From the NCBI RefSeq assembly GCF_009914755.1, contig NC_060936.1: a stretch of DNA of 64,000 bases, one strand, 5' to 3'. The notes under the pieces are model-generated. The model saw nothing but the letters and a program-made list of their open reading frames with translations. It had not been told where the DNA came from and did no database searches. Each line of letters begins with the position of its first letter. The stretch's first letter is position 1. A program made the translations under genes and the position numbers. Source of the DNA: the human T2T-CHM13v2.0 reference genome, Homo sapiens. Below, one piece after another: positions 54,602 through 64,000 of this stretch.

Positions 54602-56049
54602 TGTAAATTTCTTCATATGGCCAGAGAAAGAAATATCAACTGGGAATATTTTAACCAGCTTCACATACTTTAAGCACTATATGGTCTTTGTTAATATCAT
54701 TTTCCTCTTCTATATTGATGATGTTTGAAAACAAAGTGAACAGGCAATTAATCAAACAAAAAGACCTACAATGCCTTTCAGGGTCCACTGTGCTATCAAG
54801 TAAATAAATATTTTTGGAATAGCAGATTATTACACTGTAATGAGTTTAGCCTGAGAATACCATAGCCATTTAGAGTAGTTGGGGCTACAGGTATGAGCTG
54901 CTGCGCCCATCTTAGTAGCAACTTTTATAGAAGGTCACAGATAACGCCAAAACGCTAGCATCTGCTAGTGTGCACTGTATGCATGAGAGTCAGAGAAATT
55001 ATTCCAGAAGAAAGACGAAAGGGGTGAAAGCTCTATTTAACTGCTCCCATTGCTTGATCCAGACACTTCTGACAGTCTGTTTTTACAGACATGGCAAAAC
55101 AACACTTGGAAGTCATTTGAGAAAATATTCCTGGTATCACAGAGGTAGGCAAAAGGACAATTGATATCTGTTGAATATTTATGTTCATATTGATTAACTC
55201 TTTGAGGTTGCAGAAAGAATGAGTCTTCCTCCTCACTAGGCAAAGAGAAGACTGTTATAGAAGAGAGCATCTGACATGCAAAGCATAACACCGATAAGCG
55301 TGGCCAGGCCCAAGAGCAAGACTCAAACTTATTCTTTTTCTTAAAGAATCTAACCGCAGCCATGTTTTTCATTGTTATTTTAAGTGTGGGAGGGAACCCC
55401 TGCCTTGTTCTTTTTGAAAATCCTGATGCTTTGATAAAATAGTTTCTAAAATATTTCCTATCTACCTGCCCTGCTCTGTTCTGGCTATAATTACTAGGCT
55501 AGCCAAAAATAAACTCTCCCAAGTGTTACATCTAGTTGATTGTTGATTTCCTAGAGGGGGAAAAAATAAACTGTAGTAATTAATCATGGAAGCTTCTCTT
55601 TAAAAGAATGTTTACGTCATGGCTCAAGGCTCAAACTAGACCGGGTTTCTTATACTGCATATATTTTTGTTTTGTTCATTTTCTTCCTCTTTCCTCCCAC
55701 CAAAAAACAAACAAACAAACAAACAAAGCAAAAAAAAACTGGAATCTGGTTTAAAGGGTCAAATGAGAGTTTTAGGTAGAAATACAAACTCTTGTTTCTT
55801 AATTCCACATTATATGTGGTTACTGTTTTGAGCTGGTGAAATTTGTTGAACACTTAGAATAGTCATCCAAGAACCAGGGGGGACAGAATTTTAAACCAAA
55901 TAGTCAGTGATTTAGATATAGTTTTAAATTTTTAAAGCTTATTTGACTTTACAGTTCCATTGAATGTAGGATGCTCCATTCTTTTGAAGACATAGGACAA
56001 TTTGTTTGTTTCTGGACCAGACAAATTTGGATTTCCTAGACCACCGAAT

Positions 56050-58270
56050 AATAATAATAATAATTGCTAACATGTACTTAACTTGCACAAGGTGCAGTAA
56101 CATGAATATCATGTGGATTGTCTTATGCAGCTCTCCAAATAATGCTGTAAGGTAGCATTGTGGAAACTGAAACCCCTAAAAGTTAACTTGGTGGTAGCTT
56201 GTAATTGAGAAATAGAATGTAAACCAAGGTGGTTATACTTAATGCCCTGTGCTCTTAAAACAGTATCATGCTGCCTCCTTGGAGGAATCCTTAATTCAAG
56301 TAGGAAGATTTTTCCTTATTACATCTTTGCGACTAAGTTACTGTTTTTATGACTTTAGGCAAATCAATTGAACTGAGCAAGGAAGGTCTTGATTCAATGA
56401 TTTCTCAAGTCCTTTTTCCTTTTTTTTTTTTTTGTCAAGGGAGTGTCCTCTAGCTGAGTGAAGTCATTTTTCCTTGAATGACTGACAGAATGGCTTTGGT
56501 TCACCTGTAATTCACAGTTTAGCTGATCCAGTGTACTGTAAAGTCTGTTTCACTCCACCAGCCAACAAGGAGCAGGCGGCCGTGGTTTTCTCATGTTCTG
56601 GGGGAAGCTGTTTGTCAGTGTTAACCTGGCTAAATTTGGACAGCTGCAACAACAACATCTATCCCTTGGCATATGGTGTGTTTAGATGCTAAACACTGCC
56701 TCATCTGTGAGTACTTCAGTTTTTGTTTTTCACACGAGCCGGGTGAATATAAAAATAGAGGTAAATAAAAAGAAATAACTGAATCAGCAACCTGGAATTT
56801 TCTCTCCTCTGATTAAAGACTGTTGTTAACTGAAAATGCTCCACTAGTTGTTTGAGGGTTTAAGACAGAAAAAGTGGGATGGAGGTGTTTGATAATTTGG
56901 TTGCTATGCAACCACTTTACAATTATGTAAGCTCCTACCATATGAGGTGATACAGAAAGGGTGGTAGAGTATGCTGACGCAGTGAGCACACAGAAGACTT
57001 TTTTCATGTGACAGAGCCAGAGTCTGAGATCTGCAGTTGCAGAATATTTAGGTAAGAAGTAAATGTCACAAATTATAAAGGCCTTTATTTATAGCAAGAA
57101 TATGGGATTTCTATTACAGAGTTGGATGAGCAAAAGCTCACCAGAAACAGTATTAGTTTCAAGGAAGGAAGACACACACATCTGTCCTTTGAATCAGGAC
57201 TTACTCTAACCAAAATTCAGGAAAGATTTTTTAAAAAAGGAAACTAAGAATATGGTATACTTTATTATTATTTAATTAGCCTTGCCCAGTTGAATCTTTT
57301 TCAGTAATATTGTAAGGTAGGTGGTACTATTATCCTTATATAAATGCAAAAACGTAGGCTTAAGCGACATTCAGTAATTTGCTCAACATCACATAGTTGG
57401 GAGTAAATCTGGGCTGTGAACACAAAACTTTTAGTTCAAGTCCAGTATTGTTCTCATTACATTATGCTTCACAGATGATCATGTACCCTCAGTGTTTCTT
57501 TCATATTATACGTTCTATCTTTTATGAAATCCACTGATCTGTTGAAAATCTTATTTTTATTTGTTTTTGCTAGATATCAAGGGTTTATCTCTGACCCTTC
57601 CTGGCGGGTTTACTGAATTTCAGAAAAGGCTACCTAATTGATTTTATTGCATATGTTGTAATTTATTGCGTATGTCATTTACTCAAATATGCAATTTATT
57701 GCATATATCATTTTAACGTTAACTGAAAGAGAGAAAGTGTGCATAGTCTAAGAAACAAGACAATTGCAAGTTATTCAAAGTGGTCTTTACAATTTAGCCA
57801 GCCAAAATCTCTGACTCATGGATCTAATGCCAAGATGACAGCCTCACTGAGGAAGTTTCTTGGTGCGTCTGTTTACAGCTTGGCCAAAGGGCAAGTGGAC
57901 ACTTCTTTTCGAAGGGGTGGTATTATGCTCTCTGGATTTAGAAAAGATTAGTTAACATCATAAAGCTAGAGTTAGATCAGCATGATGTTATGTAAAACAT
58001 AGTGTTCCCTAATCTTGAGTCACAATAAAGATTAGGTTTGTGTGTTAGGATGATGGTTTATCACATTGTGTAATGTCTGTATGGCTTTCACATATCCCGT
58101 ATCCATTCATTCTCATTATGATCAATGAAGTAAACAGGGCATATTTATTCACTTCATTTTTGCAGATAATTGAAGTAATTAAAGGAAAGGAAGCTTAGGG
58201 ACATTAAATGACTTACCTGAGGTCCCATCTGGGCAAGATGGCAAGCCAGGCATCAGCTTTATCCTCTAAA
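56050..58270 (-). mobile_element. Three dispersed MIR fragments (~56050-56280, ~57260-57460, ~58060-58270)
   Basis: MIR core text: gaaactgaaaccc, agtaatttgctcaacatcacatag, ttaaatgacttacctgaggtccca. Confidence 0.6.
56780..57051 (+). ncRNA. Candidate first exon of a plus-strand spliced lncRNA
   Basis: TATAAAA at 56748-56754, non-repetitive sequence, donor TAG|GTAAGA at 57051/57052, no meaningful ORF. lncRNAs are recalled to lie between SLC2A13 and LRRK2, but the identity is not verified. Confidence 0.4.
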
Positions 58271-59144
58271 TAAAGTTCCAGTCTTTTTTCTTGTCCCTTT
58301 GCTGTTAGAATCACTGGTGGCCTTACCACTAACCTTCCTTCTCCTCACTCCTTATCTTCAACTTACTTCTTGCGGGTACTCTTTGTACTTTTGTCATGGG
58401 GAACCAGGGCCACTGAAACTAAATTTGTAATTACATGAAGTTAGATTAGGTTGGTTAGATCTTAAAATTGAACTATATGCAAATAAACATGGGGTTCTGT
58501 GTCAATTTCAAACACTTGAATGTGGCTTTCAGAAAAATCTTGGATGAGAACTCTAATGTAGAACTCAAAGGAATTACAATGTAATTATTTCATAATTGTC
58601 CAGCTGAATTCAACAAACCACATACTAGTGCTAATTTATGCATAAATCACAGTATTAGATACTGTGGGAGACAAAATAAATAAATAACATATTGTCTCTG
58701 CTCCTTGGTGGCTTATTAATCATGGGAAAAAGAAGCACATTCTTTACTTTCTATTCTTTGTTCCCTCCCTTGTTGCATTAAGGATTCAAGAAACTCACCA
58801 TAATAAGCTTTAGTAAAACAAGGTCCCAGGTGCTCTGGCCTTCTTACGTTTTACCTCCCCCTCTTCTTTTAAATAACCAAATACAGTATTTTGTGTCACC
58901 AAGCTACATTTGGCTATAGGAAATTTAGCTTTCTCCTCACCCCTAATATTTCTGAGAATTCTCAGGAAATATTTAAATGTCATGATGAGCACCTCTCAGT
59001 TCCACTTCTTACTCAAGAAGTTCCTCTTCTTGCTCAATATTCTTTTCATAATCACTTCAGACTCTCTCTCTTCATTGCTTTCTGTACAGGATGTTCCAAA
59101 GCTCTTTAATTCACTTTATTATAAAACAGTGCCAACACAGTCCT

Positions 59145-59625
59145 GATGTATCTGCTGAATCAGCTCTATATTGCCACAATAATGACATGTAGCCAGCAAC
59201 CACAAAACCTTAGTGGCACACAACAATATATGCTTTTTCCTTGTGTGTCTTGGGTGGTCAACTTTGTGGCTTTGCTGATCTCTTTTGGGCTTGCTGTCAT
59301 GTCTAGGAGTCAACTGGCTGTCATCTGATTTAGTAATAGCATTGTGGCAACTAGGGAGGCTCAGCTGTGCTTTCCATGTCTCTTGTTTTCTAGCAGGCTA
59401 GCTGGTGCATGTTCTCATGGCAGAGGAAGAGGGCAAGCACAGGCATGCACACTTGCATGAGTGCTTTTCAAGATCTGCTGTATCCCATCACCTAGTCTCC
59501 CATTGCCAGAATGCTGGCAGACCCCAGCATCAGAATAAAAGGACACTTCAAATTCACATGGAAAAGGCTATGGAGTGAAAGATAAATTTAGGAAGATAAC
59601 AAGTATCTAAAGATATTGAGGGGAC
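59145..59625. mobile_element. MLT1 (H/I-like) LTR
   Basis: tattgccacaataatg...caaccacaaaaccttagtggcacacaacaat...catgttctcatggcagagg. Confidence 0.65.
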
Positions 59626-60751
59626 CGTGTTCCTGCCATTTTGAAAAATCTACCACATACTGAGAAAAAGTGAGAATTACTTTAGGAAGGCAGTTACCAC
59701 CTAAATAACTAGAGTTTATAGTTTCCAAAAAGCAATTGTTCACTGGTGATCTGAAATGTAATACAGATGAGATAAAATGTTTTGTTTCCATTTTGGAAAA
59801 TGCCTAAAGGACTTTTTTGGACTTAAAACGTAACTCTAATACAATATGTTTATTTCCAATGTCTAAAATATCAGAAGAGATGACTTTTTTTCCCTTCTTT
59901 TACTTTCTTTTCCTTTGTTTTTGTTATTGTTGTTTTCTAAAATGTCAGCTGAGAATTTGATATGAGAATGAATATTAATTATGTTCCATTAAGTTTACTA
60001 AACTTTTTGACAGAATGTTGAAATTGCAGATTGGATATATGTAGGAAAATACATGTAATTTGTGGTTCCAAATATCCAGTTATATTTAGGAAATGTCCAC
60101 AGAAAACAAAATTAAAGTACATTTAGGGAAAAATATTTAAAAATTTTCTAAAACACTATTTTCCTCTTTAGTAAAAAAGATATATGTCCCTTTTCTTGTC
60201 ACTAGAAAAAAAGGTTTCTATCATTACTTGTACCTAAAAAAATACATCAGTTCCAGCATCTCCTTTTATTCTTTTTTTTTTGCTTTAAAAATCTGTTGCT
60301 CAATAAAATAGATATACTAGTCATGGCATTTATATAAATAATAGAATCAGAATATTTTCTACCCTTAATTTTATTGAAGTGAATTTTGATTTGAAAAAAT
60401 AATTTAAAGATCAGAGCATAAAACCAAACCCAATCTAATTTATTTATTCCTTTTAATAGGTTTTGGAAGTTTTGTAATGTTAAAAAAAATCAGGAGTGGG
60501 ACAAGAAAATAATTTACTCTAACAGGAGAGATCAAGTTATAGCAATGGTGTCCCAGGTTGCCCTGTAGTTATTAACGTATCCTGAGCATCATTAGAGTCT
60601 ATTTAATTTTGAAAACGCTTTAGATTTTTGTTGTAAAATATGAAATAAGGCAGTGGATATCTTTATGTACCAAGTGATAGGCACTACTAGTGACTTCTAT
60701 TTTTTAGACTTTTTAAAATAGATCCATTTTACCTTTACTGTAGAAAATTTA

Positions 60752-60930
<179 letters not shown>

Positions 60931-60990
60931 AATCTCCCAGAATTCCACATCAGGGAGCAGGAACATATCCTTCCAATTGTTTCTATGTAT

Positions 60991-61458
60991 TGTGAACCCC
61001 CAAAATTTGAGACAGGTCTGTTAATTTAGAAAGTTTATTTTGCCAAGGTTGAGGACACACCCATGACAGAGTCCCAGGAGGTCTGGACAACATGTGCCCA
61101 AGGTGGTCAGAACGCATAGCTTGGTTTTATACATTTTAGAAAGACATGAGATGTCAATCAACATATGTAAAATGAACATTGGTTTGGTCTAGACAGGTGA
61201 GACAACTTGAAGCAAATGCGGGCCAACTCAAAGAGGGGAGGGGGCTTCCAGGTCACAAGTAGGTCAGAGAAAAACAGTTGCATTCTTTTGAGTTTCTGAT
61301 TAGCCTTTCCAAAGGAGACAATCAGATATGCATTTATCTCAGTAAGCAGAAGGATGACTTTGAATAGAACGGGAAGCAGGTTTGCCCTAAGCAGTTCCCA
61401 GCTTGAATTTTCCCTTTAGCTTAGTGATTTGGGGGGCCCAAGATATTTTCCTCTCACA
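60991..61458 (-). mobile_element. MER4-group (MER4A-like) 3' LTR of a minus-strand provirus
   Basis: TGTGAACCC...CCTCTCACA; reverse-complement relative of 26896-27624; polypurine tract (plus strand tttctccccttttc) abuts at 61459. Confidence 0.88.
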
Positions 61459-64000
61459 TTTCTCCCCTTTTCTTTATTAAAATCTTTTGGAGAAAGCATT
61501 TTAGAAGAAAATGAGTCTCTGGTCCCAGGTTTCGTCTGCTCTCTCATGGCTGTGATGGTTTACTCTTAGACAGGTACATACCAAGTTATTAGGAAAGCTC
61601 ATTTTTGGAAGGTTGTGAAGTCTCATGTCCTGTGAAGAGAAAATAGGGAGAGGAAGGGAGAAAAACAGCAGCAAACAAAAGGACAATCCTAGAAAATTGA
61701 TATAGGCCACATTACTCTGAAGCCTTCAGTAGGCAGGTATGAAAGTAGCTTATGCATGTAAATAGGTTGCTGTTATTTTCTTCTGAAGTTTAAGTTGTCT
61801 AGCTTCAGTTCATAGGGCTTTACAAAAGCAGTTTAGTTTTCAGTGACTCCAAATTAGGAATAATGGGGAAAAAGAGCAGAAAAAAATTGAAAACATTATT
61901 TTGAAGACTTGTAGTTAAGAAAAATTAGAATTAGGTTTAAACTAGAAAAAAATAAAAATTGAAAAATGTTAGGCAAGACTAGAATCTAAAAACAGGTATA
62001 CTATAGTTTTTGAAACATAGTTTTTCTCTCTCCAGTTTCCCATTTTTACTAAAGGCAAATCCTGGCAGAACTGATTTGTTTTATTACACTTGGCCTGATT
62101 ATTTGTATACAGTGCAGCAAGAATAATTATTTTTTTTGCATAGGTTTTTAAATTGGCTTTGATGGAACTCTATTCCATAGAAGGAATCTCAGATAAGACT
62201 TTTTTTTAAAGCCAAGCCCAGCCATGGATTTGTGTCATTAAATACCTACAAGTTGGGTGATCTTCTCCTCTTGACTTTCCAAGATAAACCTAGGGCTCCT
62301 GAACCTGTCAGAAAGTGACATTCTTTACCTACCGCAGATCAGGAGCTATGTAGACCAAGGTATGAGGCCAGTTTTTCCAAGGGACTTTTATTGTCTCCAT
62401 AAGTCAAGCTTGATTCCTTAAAGGAAAGCACATCATTCCAGTCAAAGCCTTGGTAAAACAACCAGTTTCTCCAACTGTGTCCTGTTACAAATAAAAACAG
62501 ATTTTTTTTTTTTAAGAGACGAGATCTCATTATGTTTCTCAGGCTGGTCTCAAACTCCTGAGCTCAAATGACCCTCCCACTTCAGCCTTCCAAAGGGCCA
62601 GGATTACAAGTGTAAGCCTCCACACCCAACCAACAGATTTTTATCGCACTTATGCAGATAACTGTATTGTCATAAGAATACTCACAAATAGTTTACAAAT
62701 TCTGGAGAAATCAGTAGAGAGAAATAAATATGCTCCAAATTTTGTTTGTAGGAACATACTTAATTGTTAAAAGCTGTAAATAGCTTAAAAGTTTTCTTGA
62801 CTCTGAGAAAAAAAAAACAAAGAATCAGCAATGTTTTATCCAAAAAGTTAAAAAGATTACTTTGTCTTCTACTAGTTCAGTTCATGCATTTTATTCCTGT
62901 TCTCCTTGATATTCATGAACATTTCAGCTCTCCATGAGAGTCTTGAAAGTTTCTTCCTCTATTGTAATGTCACAATCTCCAAAGTTATCAGAAATCTGCT
63001 TTTAAGGACACCTGTTAGAGTTCTATAAATGATTATAAAACCACCTTCTAAGGAGGACCAAAACAAGACAACAATTGTCCATGGATGACAAAATGTTTTA
63101 GGGCAACCATAGTCAAAGACACAATTTACAAGCAAATTTGTTACTTCTGTGGCACACAACAATTTAACATAACAATTATAATTATTACTGATAATGTACA
63201 CTAAGTCATATCAGAATTATAGGAGTTTCCCATGATTTTGGAAGACATAGCAATGATGTATTCATACAAATACAGCCTAAAGAAAAATAAACACCATTTC
63301 ATATTTGACAATGTTTCCTGTATAATTTTTATACCAAGTAAGCCAAATTATGTCATTTTTGGATGTTAAGGAATCCAATATTTTGAAGGATTAGTTAGAT
63401 CAGAAAAAGGCATAATTTATCATTTGATTTTGGAAAGCTTGTCAAATATCAAAGGTGTAAAACACTTGATATCACAGGTCATTGTAAAATAAGTCATTTG
63501 TTTGACAAAAGTGATACCTCAAGCATTTCAAAAAAAAAAAACCAGCAAAAACCTTCATTCTTTTGGAGAGGAGACTCAATTTTCCAAATAATAAGTCCTA
63601 ATAAAAACAGTATCAAGCTGATTAAATTTGTTTTTCAAAATTTTATAAACAATCATCTATAAAATTTTAATCTTGACCATGAGATATAACTTCCATATAC
63701 CTTTCTTAACCTTTATAACCTTTATGTAGGAGTTGACTAATGCTTCAGGAAAACCTTGTTAATCTGAAACAGGCCCATGTGCTGGCCTTGCATCAGTGTG
63801 CCTTAGATATTAATGATTAATTTATAGAGAAAGTGAACTTATGTTAGCTCTCAAAATTGGCCCTTACAATCTTACATGCCCCCCTCTTCCTCAATGGTCC
63901 CTGGGCCTTGAGGACTTGAATAGCTTTAATTTCTGGCCCTGTGTTTCAGGAATGCAGTTTATTTTGATTGACATCTTCTAGTGGGCCTGATGATGGGGTT
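61459..64000 (-). mobile_element. MER4-group ERV1 internal sequence (non-coding), continuing past the window end
   Basis: Contiguous with the PPT and LTR; MER4-int-like text (cagtcaaagccttggtaaaa, ccacctt...gaccaaaacaagacaacaattgtc); interrupted by an antisense Alu monomer at ~62502-62630 (TSD AACAGATTTT). Confidence 0.8.

Overview
This window is primate (almost certainly human) genomic DNA, at the 5' end of SLC2A13 (HMIT/GLUT13, H+/myo-inositol symporter; chr12q12, next to LRRK2 from recalled gene order). The only protein-coding sequence is minus-strand exon 1 (CDS 3704->3149, 556 nt, phase-1 GT donor) inside a CpG-island promoter. Positions 1-3148 are intron 1. The remaining ~60 kb is upstream intergenic DNA rich in Alu, L1, L2, MIR, MaLR/ERV1 LTRs and a Charlie hAT remnant. 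It also holds a ~3.05 kb strand-asymmetric (TATATAAA/TATATATAAA)n array at 44149-47200 and the 3' end of a minus-strand MER4-group provirus that runs off the right edge. Apart from SLC2A13 exon 1, the supplied ORFs look like repeat, GC-rich or low-complexity artefacts. I found no convincing novel multi-gene system. The best leads are: the structured AT array; a divergent pair of CTCF motifs (5.6 kb and 53.3 kb); a candidate TATA-driven spliced plus-strand lncRNA at ~56.8 kb; a CLEAR/USF E-box between two G-quadruplex motifs in the promoter; possible leaky scanning between two in-frame ATGs; a switchable palindrome next to a MER4 LTR; and several nested insertions with readable target-site duplications (TSDs). 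Repeat subfamily names come from recalled consensus sequences, and boundaries of old elements are approximate.
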